A stretch of DNA of 64,000 nucleotides from a virus (taxonomy: Duplodnaviria > Caudoviricetes). The stretch covers positions 128,001 through 192,000 of the IMG/VR virus record IMGVR_UViG_3300020469_000008, one strand, 5' to 3'. Under the pieces are notes generated by a model. That model ran no database searches. It was not told the DNA's origin and saw only the letters and a program-made list of their open reading frames with translations. The position numbers and the translations under genes were made by a program. How positions within the stretch are numbered: position 1 is the first letter of the stretch; the number at the start of each line of letters is the position of its first letter. Positions 1 through 9,203 of this stretch are shown here, in pieces.

Positions 1-1
1 C

Positions 2-331
2 GAAAAAGATTTAGAAGCAGAAAGTCCGATTAAAATTCTTGAAGAAAAAGAAAATATCACCATCCGTTTTAACAACGACAATAGTATTTTTGAATGCGAA
101 CTATTAACAATAAACTTTAGTGAAACGTGTGATGAAATTAAAATAATTACTGACACAGCAGGTTTAACAAATGTTTTTAAGAGTGAAAACAAAATAATAA
201 TGTATTCAATAATTTTAAATGGCGAAGATTACATGCAAACCAAAGGGACAGTTTACATAGATAAATTAGAAGTCAATAAAGCAGATAATTGTATTGTGTG
301 CAAAATAGATATATTTAAAAGGGGTTATTAG
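2..331 (+). CDS. 5'-truncated hypothetical protein
   Basis: Open frame from position 2 (EKDLEAESPIK...) to TAG 329-331, abutting the next ATG at 332; not in the ORF track. Confidence 0.55.
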   Translation, partial: EKDLEAESPIKILEEKENITIRFNNDNSIFECELLTINFSETCDEIKIITDTAGLTNVFKSENKIIMYSIILNGEDYMQTKGTVYIDKLEVNKADNCIVCKIDIFKRGY

Positions 332-1012
332 ATGTTTAAAATTAATTCAGAAGATGAGTTGCTGCAGTTATTAAAAATTGTTTCACAGGAAGCCGTAGAC
401 AAATCAAGAAAAACTTTATTTGAGGCTGTAGATACAGCTCAAGAAAGATATATTTCAAATCTTCGTGCTAGCGAAAGCAAATATGGCGTTGATTTATCTG
501 AGCAAGAGGAAGAACCAGAACCGGATCAAGAAGTCACAGCTGAAAAAGAACCGACTGCAGAGCCTGAAGAAGAAACACAAAAATCATCAATTGACTCAGA
601 AACGTTAGGAGTTTCTTTCGATACCGTAATTAAAGATATTAATACTTTACGTGCAGGTCGTTCAACCAAAGATAAAGAAATCAAAGACGAATTATTAGGT
701 TACTACGATAGATTAGATGACTCGGAGCGCAAAGTGCTTCATCTTTTTTTAAGTGAAATATCAAAAATACTCCAAGGGGCATTAGATGCGTCAGATGCAC
801 AAGATCCGAGTGAACCACCCTTTAATGCAGAAATTTCATTTGGAGAGGATGAAGAAACCATTCCAGATAGTGCTAACACAGAAACATCTTCCGAAACTAA
901 CGATACAGAAGAGGATGCAGGTGAAGACTCTAGCCCACCAATTAAAGTTAACGAAAGCCAAGATTTAAGAGAAATTAGAAAAAGAGTACAAAGGCTGATG
1001 AAGAGGTTTTAA
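332..1012 (+). CDS. Acidic low-complexity hypothetical protein, possible prohead core/scaffold-like
   Basis: 226 aa ORF, E/D-rich linkers, several (L/I/V)xE sites, basic C-terminal helix. Confidence 0.6.
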   Translation: MFKINSEDELLQLLKIVSQEAVDKSRKTLFEAVDTAQERYISNLRASESKYGVDLSEQEEEPEPDQEVTAEKEPTAEPEEETQKSSIDSETLGVSFDTVIKDINTLRAGRSTKDKEIKDELLGYYDRLDDSERKVLHLFLSEISKILQGALDASDAQDPSEPPFNAEISFGEDEETIPDSANTETSSETNDTEEDAGEDSSPPIKVNESQDLREIRKRVQRLMKRF

Positions 1013-1013
1013 A

Positions 1014-2051
1014 ATGAGAATGACTAAAAGACAGCTTAGTGAAGTAATTACAGATTACTTGTTAAGTGAGGCAGAATTTGGATCATTTAGGGGTAGTGTA
1101 GATATAGAATTCTGTGATTTAAGCGGATTACCTAAAATCTTCACAGCTATTTTTGAACCAATAAGAGATCGAGACAGTTCAAAGCTTAAGCTCGCTTTAA
1201 GTGAAGAGCTTGAAAAAGCTGAGGCTAGCCGTGATAAGCGAAGAATTGAAAAATTAAGTGCACGAATTAGCGAATTAGAAGATGAAAATTATTGGTCAGG
1301 TTCAGATGCATTTGCCGGTATATTTGGGTCTGCAACTTTCATGGGCTTAACAAAAATCCTAGGACCAGGTTTGACAATGATGACAATGATGACAAAGGTA
1401 GATTGTGATCACATCATAAATCTTGTTAATATATTCACAGTTAACATTTTAGCACCGTTGTTAGGAATTGAAGGTGCACAACTTCAAGAACTTGAAGACG
1501 AAATTAAAAGAAACAAAGGTGAGAGAGTTACATCGAGTGAAGGTGAGGCGCAAAATCAGTCGAATATGTATTCTGATGATATGCAAGTAAAAATATTCAA
1601 CTCAGTGTCGAATGTTTTTAAGGATAACAATCTTTTAAATTATGAAAAACGTGACGAAGCAAGAGTGTCTGGTAAATTACGTTTAAATGATTATGACGGC
1701 AAAATAACTGATATGCACTTAGATTTCTTTGAGCTATTTTCTCCTGTTGAATATTTAAAATTTTTAGAGGATCCTAGAGAGGATATTCCAGAATCAGCAA
1801 AAGATAATTTTCTTAATGCCATAAAAATTTTAGAAGATCAAGGCCATCGAGATTTTGGATCTTTTATAAATGCATTTGTATTAGCCACACCAGGAACAAG
1901 AACAGATAGTGCTGTGGCAAAAATTCTTAAAGCAGCAAATTTAAAAAATTATTTTAAGGAACCTAAAGATGCAATAAAGTTTGTGAAAACAACATTTAAC
2001 ACAATGTACAAAGAATTTGAATTTGACGGATTCCAATTATTCGGTTTATAA
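1014..2051 (+). CDS. Hypothetical protein with MKITRRQL-type leader
   Basis: N-terminus MRMTKRQLSEVITDYLLSE. Confidence 0.7.
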   Translation: MRMTKRQLSEVITDYLLSEAEFGSFRGSVDIEFCDLSGLPKIFTAIFEPIRDRDSSKLKLALSEELEKAEASRDKRRIEKLSARISELEDENYWSGSDAFAGIFGSATFMGLTKILGPGLTMMTMMTKVDCDHIINLVNIFTVNILAPLLGIEGAQLQELEDEIKRNKGERVTSSEGEAQNQSNMYSDDMQVKIFNSVSNVFKDNNLLNYEKRDEARVSGKLRLNDYDGKITDMHLDFFELFSPVEYLKFLEDPREDIPESAKDNFLNAIKILEDQGHRDFGSFINAFVLATPGTRTDSAVAKILKAANLKNYFKEPKDAIKFVKTTFNTMYKEFEFDGFQLFGL

Positions 2052-2080
2052 TTTACAATTGTAGTAACATTAATTATAAT
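2052..2080 (+). promoter_or_regulatory. Sigma70-like promoter
   Basis: TTTACA (2052-57), 17 bp, TATAAT (2075-80), followed by AAGGAG RBS and ATG 2105. Confidence 0.6.
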
Positions 2081-2104
2081 TTTTTGTTTTAAGGAGAATT
2101 AATT

Positions 2105-2455
2105 ATGAACAAAACAAATTGGATTCCAGAAATTATGTACGAAGAAAGTGATGACGGATTGTCTAGTAACATTCCTTTTATAATGGTACCGCAAGATCAA
2201 GTCATGCCAAAAGTTGTTTTTATCTTTGAAAGTAGAGAAACAGGTGAATACGAGCCAAATGAAGAAGGTGATCCTGTACCTATTATGGAAATGGATCTTC
2301 ATCAATATGCAGATATGGAAATATTAAAACAAGGTCTTGATGAGGCTTCTTATGATATTGTAAGAAAAGTACTTGGTTTGCAACCATTGCGCGAAGCAGC
2401 AGCAGCTGGCCAAAAAATCACAGACAATGTAAGAAAAAATTTAGAATCTAAATAA
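2105..2455 (+). CDS. Hypothetical protein
   Basis: 116 aa ORF with AAGGAG RBS and upstream promoter. Confidence 0.75.
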   Translation: MNKTNWIPEIMYEESDDGLSSNIPFIMVPQDQVMPKVVFIFESRETGEYEPNEEGDPVPIMEMDLHQYADMEILKQGLDEASYDIVRKVLGLQPLREAAAAGQKITDNVRKNLESK

Positions 2456-2511
2456 AAGTATAGAAAATACATTTGATAGATGATAATTAAATGTTGTGGA
2501 GGGCATTTATT

Positions 2512-3045
2512 ATGCGTATTAATTTTGATAGACTAAGTCAATTAGCAGGTTTACCTACTAATGGAAATAGAAAAAGCCTTTATGAAGGTGCTGATCACGA
2601 TCATAAAATGGAAATGGATCACGGTCACAGTATGGAAGAAGAACGCGAAGATGAAGATTACAAGTACGAAGGATCTGCATTAAGCGGTGTCATGGAAGAG
2701 GACGAGGATGATGAACCAATGTCTGAACCTAAGGCAAAGAAAGAAATGATGGATCCTAAGTTAGATGAGATGATCGAAGTGGATGAAGTTATGTTAGTAC
2801 AAGAACTTCGTCGTGCTAAGAAAATTATGCAAGAAAGCAAGCGTAGAAAATTAAATGAATCTCGCAAAAGAAATATGCTTGAAGCACAACTTAAGCAAGT
2901 AATTGATGAAGAAGTTCAAAATGTGATGGACGAAATGAATCTTACTGCTGGGTGGGTTTACGGTGATAGACGACCAAGAAACAGCAAAAAAGGCTACACA
3001 AATCAAGGAAGCATGTTGCCTGGTATTGGTTTTCGCAGAAGATAA
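2512..3045 (+). CDS. Acidic/coiled-coil hypothetical protein, possible head-associated
   Basis: Start moved to ATG 2512 (GGAGGG upstream); RLSQLAGL segment, LYE/LNE/MQE sites. Confidence 0.6.
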   Translation: MRINFDRLSQLAGLPTNGNRKSLYEGADHDHKMEMDHGHSMEEEREDEDYKYEGSALSGVMEEDEDDEPMSEPKAKKEMMDPKLDEMIEVDEVMLVQELRRAKKIMQESKRRKLNESRKRNMLEAQLKQVIDEEVQNVMDEMNLTAGWVYGDRRPRNSKKGYTNQGSMLPGIGFRRR

Positions 3046-3120
3046 CAATATCATAAACTTCCACATATAATTATAAATCTGGCTAATACGATATATTATA
3101 ATCCTAATTAAGGAGGATAT

Positions 3121-3618
3121 ATGCAACAATATCGTGTTGGTCAGATTTTATTTTTAATAGCAGACGCTAGTAAAGTAGTACCTATTCAAGTTGTTGAAGA
3201 AGTAATTAGAACCACACTTGAGGGTAAAGAAAAAACATACATTGTTAAATTTCCTAATAAAGAAGCGACGACTGTTGATATTAAAAAAGTAAAAGGTGGT
3301 CTATTTAAATCAAAAAGTGAAGTCAAAAGTTACATGATTGAAAATGCAACCAGCGCAATCGAACAGATGGTTACATTAGCTGAGGAAATGTCAATTAATA
3401 TTTTTAACAGTCACCCTAATGATGTTACTTTACCTACACAATCACAAGACATAATGCAATTACAAACCGAAGATAATTTAGAAACCGAAGATAATTTAGA
3501 AACCGAAGAAAAAGTGCAACAGACTGACGATGATGGTATAATAAGAGTAGATCTTGGCAATGGAAAATATGGCAAAATCAACGTTGACAACCTTAATAAA
3601 GCAGGAGCACCCCAGTGA
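3121..3618 (+). CDS. Hypothetical protein with N-terminal SH3-like barrel
   Basis: AGGAGG RBS; YRVGQILF start typical of SH3/KOW-like barrels. Confidence 0.65.
   Translation: MQQYRVGQILFLIADASKVVPIQVVEEVIRTTLEGKEKTYIVKFPNKEATTVDIKKVKGGLFKSKSEVKSYMIENATSAIEQMVTLAEEMSINIFNSHPNDVTLPTQSQDIMQLQTEDNLETEDNLETEEKVQQTDDDGIIRVDLGNGKYGKINVDNLNKAGAPQ
3464..3509 (+). repeat. In-frame 18-nt tandem repeat (about 2.5 copies)
   Basis: AAACCGAAGATAATTTAG x2 plus AAACCGAAGA, encoding TEDNLE repeats. Confidence 0.9.
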
Positions 3619-4415
3619 ACGTATTACTCTTAGACGCATACAATTTAATTTATAGAGCACGTAGTGGTTATATGAAAGGAGACTATCCCGTTGTCTATAA
3701 CTTTTTTCGAGGTGTCAGACCTTTAGTCGAAAAGTTCAACCCACAAAAAGTATACTTTGTACTTGAAGGAAACCCACAATTTAGAACACAGCTTAATGAA
3801 TCATATAAGGCCAACCGCGTTAATAATGACAGACACTTTCATGAACAGAAGGCACAAATTATTTCTATTGTCAAAGAGTGTTTTCCTTTTGTTACGGCCA
3901 GACATCCTCACTTAGAGTGTGATGATACAATTGCAACACTAGTAAAGATTCACTGTGATCAAGGCGATGATTGTACAATCATATCTTCTGACTCTGATTT
4001 TTACCAGTTGTTAAATGTTTTCGATAACTGTTCGATATACAATCCAGTTAGAAAGAAAATGATCGATAAACCTGATTATGACTATGTCACTTGGAAAGCG
4101 CTTCGAGGCGATCCTACTGACAACATCGCGGGTATACCTGGTTGTGGCGATAAAACAGCAGATAAGCTTGTACGTTCTCAAGAATTGCTCTCAGAGTACT
4201 TCAAGAAGGAGCCTATAAGACAACAAATATTTGAAAGAAATGTTAATCTGATTAGGCTTGTGGACTTCTCTGATAACGTTACAGAGATGGAACGCCATGA
4301 TGGCGTCGCAGATTTTGAGCAGTTATACGACATATTTGATGATATGGATTTTCATTCTATGCTGAAGGAAAAAACTTGGAACAAGTATGTTAACACATTT
4401 AAGGAGGTGATCTAA
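3615..4415 (+). CDS. 5'-3' exonuclease / flap endonuclease (T4 RNase H-like)
   Basis: LLLDAYNLIYRA, YKANR, ECDDTIATL, SSDSDFYQL, LRGDPTDNIAGIPGCGDKTA motifs. Confidence 0.92.
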   Translation: MNVLLLDAYNLIYRARSGYMKGDYPVVYNFFRGVRPLVEKFNPQKVYFVLEGNPQFRTQLNESYKANRVNNDRHFHEQKAQIISIVKECFPFVTARHPHLECDDTIATLVKIHCDQGDDCTIISSDSDFYQLLNVFDNCSIYNPVRKKMIDKPDYDYVTWKALRGDPTDNIAGIPGCGDKTADKLVRSQELLSEYFKKEPIRQQIFERNVNLIRLVDFSDNVTEMERHDGVADFEQLYDIFDDMDFHSMLKEKTWNKYVNTFKEVI

Positions 4416-4624
4416 TGTATTTGGATGACAATGTACAGCAGGCTTTACGCCAGATGAATAAAATAGCAGTAAATGAAGTTTTGAAAAAAGAAGGAGATTT
4501 GTTTGTAGCAGTTAACGTTGAGACACAGCAACGTAGAATTGTACAGATCGAACAATCATTGGTCGAGAGTTTAGCAAAAGGACAACGTCCCCCTAGTTCT
4601 GGAAGGGGGCTACTAAAGGGGTAA
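4415..4624 (+). CDS. Small hypothetical protein
   Basis: 69 aa, TAATG coupling, GGAGG RBS. Confidence 0.65.
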   Translation: MYLDDNVQQALRQMNKIAVNEVLKKEGDLFVAVNVETQQRRIVQIEQSLVESLAKGQRPPSSGRGLLKG

Positions 4625-4625
4625 A

Positions 4626-6224
4626 ATGGAAATCAAACGCGAGATTTATTCTGGACAAGAGCTTGATGCAAAATTGCAAAAAGGCATTAATAAATTAGCT
4701 GACGCAGTAAAAGTTACAATGGGACCTAAAGGTAAACTTGTGTTAATACATAGGCCTGGACAACATCCTATCGTAACAAAAGATGGCGTCACAGTAGCAC
4801 AGGCTGTTAATTTAATTGACGAAGTTGAAAACTTGGGCGCACAAATTATAAAGGAATCAGCTAGTAGAACTGCAGATGAAGCAGGAGACGGCACCACAAC
4901 TGCAACAGTGTTAGCACAGTTTATCTACAATGAAGGTTTAAAATATAAAACTGCTGGATTTGATGTAATGCAAATAAAAGAAGGCATTGAATATGCGAGT
5001 AGTATATTAATAGAATCTGTAAGAAACACTGCAAGAGAAGTTAAGAGCAACGATGATCTGCTTAAAGTAGCAACTATATCTGCAAATGGTGAAGAAGATG
5101 TAGCAAAACTAATCGTCAATGCGATTGACGCAGCCGGCCCAGACGGTCATGTAATTGTTGAAGAAGCTAAGGGGTTTAGTAGCTCTTTACAGGTTGTTGA
5201 TGGATTTCAAATGGAGCGTGGATTTTTGTCTCCTTACTTTGTAACCGACAAAAACAAAATGACAGCAGAGTTCACAAAACCACTAATACTCATGGCTGAT
5301 AGAAATTTTAATTCTGTTCGTGAGCTTATGAAGCCACTAGAAGCTGCACTCGAAATGGGCCGGCCGATAGTTGTTATAGCCAACGAGATTGAAGGAGACG
5401 CCTTACAAGGTTTAGTTTTGAATAGAGTTAAAGGGTCTTTGCGAGTAGCTGGTATGAAGTCACCTGGATTTGGTGGCGCAAGGCATGATTTGCTTTTAGA
5501 TCTAGAGTCTATCGTTGGTGGCAAGGTTTTAGACAGCGCTTTTGATATGACTTCATTTGAACCTGAAATGTTCGGAACTTGCAAAAAGATGATTATTCAC
5601 AAAAGCAAAACGCTCGTAATTAAAGAGGAATCACGTTCTGATGCGACGCAAGCGAGAATGGATACAATTAAAGAGAAACTTAGATATCCCGGAATAAGTG
5701 ATAATGAGCGTGAACTTTTAAAATATCGTATCCAACAGTTATCTGGGGGCATCGCAATTTTACGAGTAGGTGCAGCAACAGAATCGGAATTAATTGAACG
5801 ATATGATCGAGTTGATGATGCTTTGCATGCAACTCGTGCTGCACTGGAAGAAGGTGTATTACCTGGTGGCGGAATTGCTTTGCATCGTTTAACGAATGAT
5901 TTGGATCAATGTGACGTTTCTAGACAATCTAAAAGTTTCATTGCGGGTTTTAGGCTCTTAACAGATGCGTGCTTAGCACCATTTAAACAAATCTTAGAAA
6001 ATGCTGGGTTGTCACATCATAAAGTTTTAAATGAGTTAAAAGAAACAGAGAATAATTTTGGCTATGATGTTCGTCACAAGAAGTTTGGGGATATGTTTGA
6101 ACTAGGTGTACTTGATCCCGCAAAGGTTTCCCGATGTGCTGTTGAGAATGCTGTGTCTGCTGCAACTATGTTGTTAATGGCTGACTGTTCAATGATTGAA
6201 GTAAATACCGAAGTTAAAGAATAG
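4626..6224 (+). CDS. groEL: Chaperonin GroEL (Cpn60), phage-encoded
   Basis: VTMGPKG, TKDGVTVA, AGDGTTTATV, GFQMERGFLSPYF, DDALHATRAALEEGVLPGGG; lacks GGM tail. Confidence 0.97.
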   Translation: MEIKREIYSGQELDAKLQKGINKLADAVKVTMGPKGKLVLIHRPGQHPIVTKDGVTVAQAVNLIDEVENLGAQIIKESASRTADEAGDGTTTATVLAQFIYNEGLKYKTAGFDVMQIKEGIEYASSILIESVRNTAREVKSNDDLLKVATISANGEEDVAKLIVNAIDAAGPDGHVIVEEAKGFSSSLQVVDGFQMERGFLSPYFVTDKNKMTAEFTKPLILMADRNFNSVRELMKPLEAALEMGRPIVVIANEIEGDALQGLVLNRVKGSLRVAGMKSPGFGGARHDLLLDLESIVGGKVLDSAFDMTSFEPEMFGTCKKMIIHKSKTLVIKEESRSDATQARMDTIKEKLRYPGISDNERELLKYRIQQLSGGIAILRVGAATESELIERYDRVDDALHATRAALEEGVLPGGGIALHRLTNDLDQCDVSRQSKSFIAGFRLLTDACLAPFKQILENAGLSHHKVLNELKETENNFGYDVRHKKFGDMFELGVLDPAKVSRCAVENAVSAATMLLMADCSMIEVNTEVKE

Positions 6225-6247
6225 TTAATAACAACTCGGAGAATCAC

Positions 6248-6586
6248 ATGTCAACAGCAACAAATTACAAATTAAAAAGAAAATTAGCAACTGCCGTTGT
6301 GACAGTTAAGATTGAAAACGAGGTACATGTTCCTGATTTGATGACACGAATTAGAATTTTACCTGGAATTGCTGTTGTCGGTCAAAAAGATAGAGTCGCT
6401 CGATTCTCAGATGGAGATGGGCGTCTTCCCCTAAGTATCAAATATCTCCCGCAGTCTGATGAAATATATGAAAGCTTAAAACAGATGTGTAATCTTGTAA
6501 AGAAATTACCCGGTGTAAAGACGATTGCTGTTGTGTCGTTTAATAAAAGAAACATTACTATGAAAGGTAAAAAACTTATTTTTTAA
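6248..6586 (+). CDS. Hypothetical protein
   Basis: 112 aa ORF with GGAG RBS. Confidence 0.7.
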   Translation: MSTATNYKLKRKLATAVVTVKIENEVHVPDLMTRIRILPGIAVVGQKDRVARFSDGDGRLPLSIKYLPQSDEIYESLKQMCNLVKKLPGVKTIAVVSFNKRNITMKGKKLIF

Positions 6587-6602
6587 TTTTTTTTAAAAAA
6601 GG

Positions 6603-6631
6603 GTGTAAACTTTGAAAACGGTGTTTATTAT
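6603..6631 (+). promoter_or_regulatory. GTGTAA-class promoter upstream of hsp20
   Basis: GTGTAA, 17 bp, TATTAT. Confidence 0.55.
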
Positions 6632-6692
6632 ATAACTGCTGGCAATTTTAATATGCTAGTTAACAACTTCATGTTTAATAAAGGAGGCTGAT

Positions 6693-7112
6693 TTGAAGTA
6701 TAATTCTTATAATTATTTTAATGATTTTTTTGACGACAAACTTTTTAATAGCTTATCGTCTGTGACATCTAAAAGATCTACAAAAAATGTATACCCACAG
6801 TGTAATATAACACAAGCAGATGATGGAGGTTTTAATTTTCATTTATATGTTCCAGGATTTTCAAGGAACGATTTTAAAATTGATGTGAAAAACAATGTAC
6901 TTACTGCAAAAGGCCAATTGTCAGAAGCATCACGTACAAAATATGTACAACAAGAGTTTTCTCAATACACATCTTTTGAGCGCTCTTGGACTTTACCCCA
7001 AGGTGTGAATGTGGACGGTATCGACGCGTCTTACAATGCAGGTATTTTGCAGATTTCTGTACCTTTATTGCAAGAACGTAAGCCTGAAACAAAAACAATT
7101 ACAGTCCAGTAA
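6693..7112 (+). CDS. Small heat-shock protein (Hsp20/alpha-crystallin)
   Basis: LYVPGFSRNDFKIDV, FERSWTLP, ASYNAGILQISVP; TTG start after AAGGAGG. Confidence 0.92.
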   Translation: MKYNSYNYFNDFFDDKLFNSLSSVTSKRSTKNVYPQCNITQADDGGFNFHLYVPGFSRNDFKIDVKNNVLTAKGQLSEASRTKYVQQEFSQYTSFERSWTLPQGVNVDGIDASYNAGILQISVPLLQERKPETKTITVQ

Positions 7113-7128
7113 TTAAAATAATACATTT

Positions 7129-7156
7129 TTGCGCGCAGAGTGTAACCTGCGCGCAA
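7129..7156. terminator. 10-bp GC-rich hairpin between hsp20 and sigma, overlapping the -35 box
   Basis: TTGCGCGCAG-AGTGTAAC-CTGCGCGCAA perfect stem. Confidence 0.6.
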
Positions 7157-7168
7157 TTATAGTATAAT
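7140..7168 (+). promoter_or_regulatory. GTGTAA-class promoter of the sigma factor gene
   Basis: GTGTAA (7140-45), 17 bp, TATAAT (7163-68). Confidence 0.75.
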
Positions 7169-7180
7169 AACAATACAAAC

Positions 7181-7201
7181 TAAACATTAAACATTAAACA
7201 T
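7181..7201 (+). repeat. 7-nt tandem repeat x3 in the sigma 5' UTR
   Basis: TAAACAT TAAACAT TAAACAT directly before the GGAG RBS. Confidence 0.85.
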
Positions 7202-7211
7202 TGGAGAACAT

Positions 7212-7958
7212 ATGAAAACGAACAGTTCACTCGAATTGTACTTTCGAGATATAAAGCGACAGACCAAACTCTTGACAAGAGAACAAGAAGTTGAATTGGC
7301 CAAACGGATCGAAGCAGGTGATATGCGTGCACGACGTATTATGATTGAGTCAAACTTGCGTTTGGCAATATCTATTGCTAAAAAATATGCACAGTATGGC
7401 GGAAGTCTAGAAGATTTAATTCAAGAAAGTAACATTGGTTTAATTAAAGCAGTCGAAAAATTCGATTGGCGTAAAGGCTTTAAGTTTTCAACTTATGCAT
7501 GCTGGTGGATTAAGCAAGCTGTAACGCGCAGCTTAACTTCTAATAGCACACTACTCAAAGTACCTTCTCACACTCTTTCTAATGCTAGAAAAATCTGGGC
7601 CTTAAGACAAGAGTATCAAGAAGAGTTCGGGCACGAACCATCAATTGATGAGATATGTGAAGCTTTAGGGATGACAGAAAAACATGTGCGCAATGCACTA
7701 GACGCTGTCAAAACAAAAAGTATTGCATCTATCGATCAGAAAATAGGTGATGAAGGTAATAGAACATTAGGTGATGTCATTCCTGATAATGATTCACCAA
7801 ATATCGAACAAATACTTGACAACGAATTAATCCGTGCAAGAATTGTTAAGGCGCTTACTTCTTTGACTAAGCGCGAAGAGTTGGTTCTTCGCATGCGTTT
7901 TGGTATATCAGAAGTAAGTGAAGATGATGAAAATGTTTACGAAGTAGAACTAGCATAA
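7212..7958 (+). CDS. RpoD-like sigma70 factor lacking region 4.2
   Basis: LLTREQEVELAKRI, ESNLRLAISIAKKY, EDLIQESNIGLIKAVEKFDWRKGFKFSTYACWWIKQAVTR, REELVLRMRFG then stop. Confidence 0.92.
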   Translation: MKTNSSLELYFRDIKRQTKLLTREQEVELAKRIEAGDMRARRIMIESNLRLAISIAKKYAQYGGSLEDLIQESNIGLIKAVEKFDWRKGFKFSTYACWWIKQAVTRSLTSNSTLLKVPSHTLSNARKIWALRQEYQEEFGHEPSIDEICEALGMTEKHVRNALDAVKTKSIASIDQKIGDEGNRTLGDVIPDNDSPNIEQILDNELIRARIVKALTSLTKREELVLRMRFGISEVSEDDENVYEVELA

Positions 7959-7981
7959 TAATATAATAAGGAGAAAAGATT

Positions 7982-8275
7982 ATGGCAATGCCTAAAGGAT
8001 TTAAAAGCGAAAACGGCTATGGTACATCAAAATTATTTGATGGACTAACTTATCATGAAATTGCAGATACTATGCGGGAGTCAGGATATAAAATGAATCA
8101 TTCAACAGCAAGAAATGTATTTGTCAATGCATTGATTAAGGTTGCAGACGAAATTGCTGATTTATATCAGCTCGAGCTAACTGATAAAGATTTGAAGCGT
8201 TTGGCAATCAACCCAGACTTTCAAGACTCTGTTCGTGGTTTTTTAAGTGAGTTAGAAATTGAGCGATCCAAATAA
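7982..8275 (+). CDS. Stand-alone sigma region-4-like HTH protein
   Basis: GLTYHEIADTM...STARNVFVNALIKV resembles the sigma 4.2 HTH; own AAGGAG RBS. Confidence 0.6.
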   Translation: MAMPKGFKSENGYGTSKLFDGLTYHEIADTMRESGYKMNHSTARNVFVNALIKVADEIADLYQLELTDKDLKRLAINPDFQDSVRGFLSELEIERSK

Positions 8276-8528
8276 GCTGTTATTTCTTGATTTGAACTTT
8301 CGAACTGCTTTGTTAGAGAGTGTAGACTGGGATGAAGCTCAGTCTGCCTCTCTTTTACAGTATCTACAAGAATCCTTAACAAACTTATCTGTATTGCCTG
8401 AAGATATATTAGAACATATATTGATTGAATATGGTGTGGCTGCACATACACTAATAAAAAAAATGTTTGTAGACGCATATATAGAAAGTGGATTGTATAC
8501 AAAATCAAAGGATGATTATGAGCATTAA
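8259..8528 (+). CDS. Hypothetical protein
   Basis: 89 aa, overlaps neighbours in operon style. Confidence 0.55.
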   Translation: MSDPNKLLFLDLNFRTALLESVDWDEAQSASLLQYLQESLTNLSVLPEDILEHILIEYGVAAHTLIKKMFVDAYIESGLYTKSKDDYEH

Positions 8529-8808
8529 ATTAGAATATATTCTTAAAAGAAATAAATCGAATTTGAAAACATTTATTCAAAAAAACAGATTAACTTCGTA
8601 TCAACGATTGTTAGAATATTGTGAATCACGAAAATTTATTCCTTGTGCAGAAGAAGAGTACAATAAAGTAGTTAAGGAACCGGTTCAAAATGAAAGAAAA
8701 AAAGTTAGTGGGAAAGCTAGTCAAGCACAAGAACCAAAAAAACGTAGGTATCGTCGTAAAAAACAACAAGATACACCCAAGTTACCTGACAGTTCTGACG
8801 ATGGGTAA
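8518..8808 (+). CDS. Basic hypothetical protein
   Basis: Start moved to ATG 8518; K/R-rich C-terminus. Confidence 0.6.
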   Translation: MSIKLEYILKRNKSNLKTFIQKNRLTSYQRLLEYCESRKFIPCAEEEYNKVVKEPVQNERKKVSGKASQAQEPKKRRYRRKKQQDTPKLPDSSDDG

Positions 8809-8877
8809 ATTAGAAGAATGGCATATTTTATCTGTTGTAACAGATAATTAGTATATGTAATTAAAAAGGAGTTTATA

Positions 8878-9198
8878 ATGGCAACACATTGGCCCAAGCC
8901 CGGAATAAATCACGTAGGTGAGTATCAAGCATCAGGACATTTAATGCCCATCAATGGATCTAGTGATATAGTTAAATTAAAATTTGTTGCTAGCTCAATT
9001 ACTTTTACACAGAATGGAGCGTTTACTGTCTATGACGGAAACAGCAATGAATCAACAACTGTCACAGTTGGCGCAGCATGCAGAATCAAAGGTAAGTTTT
9101 TAACTTTTAAAACAACGGGTGATGCTGTTGTTGAGATTACAAACATACCATCAGGTTCTTATGCACCACCTTTGTTCACACAAATCACAGGTAGCTAA
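8878..9198 (+). CDS. Hypothetical phage protein, beta-rich
   Basis: AAGGAG RBS, 106 aa. Confidence 0.7.
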   Translation: MATHWPKPGINHVGEYQASGHLMPINGSSDIVKLKFVASSITFTQNGAFTVYDGNSNESTTVTVGAACRIKGKFLTFKTTGDAVVEITNIPSGSYAPPLFTQITGS

Positions 9199-9203
9199 CT
9201 AAA

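Noticed and set aside
7940-7990. Sequencing error or programmed frameshift joining the sigma ORF to 7982
   Set aside because: Double TAA after the sigma ORF, an in-frame TAA at 7967-69 in the second frame, a dedicated AAGGAG RBS and no slippery site
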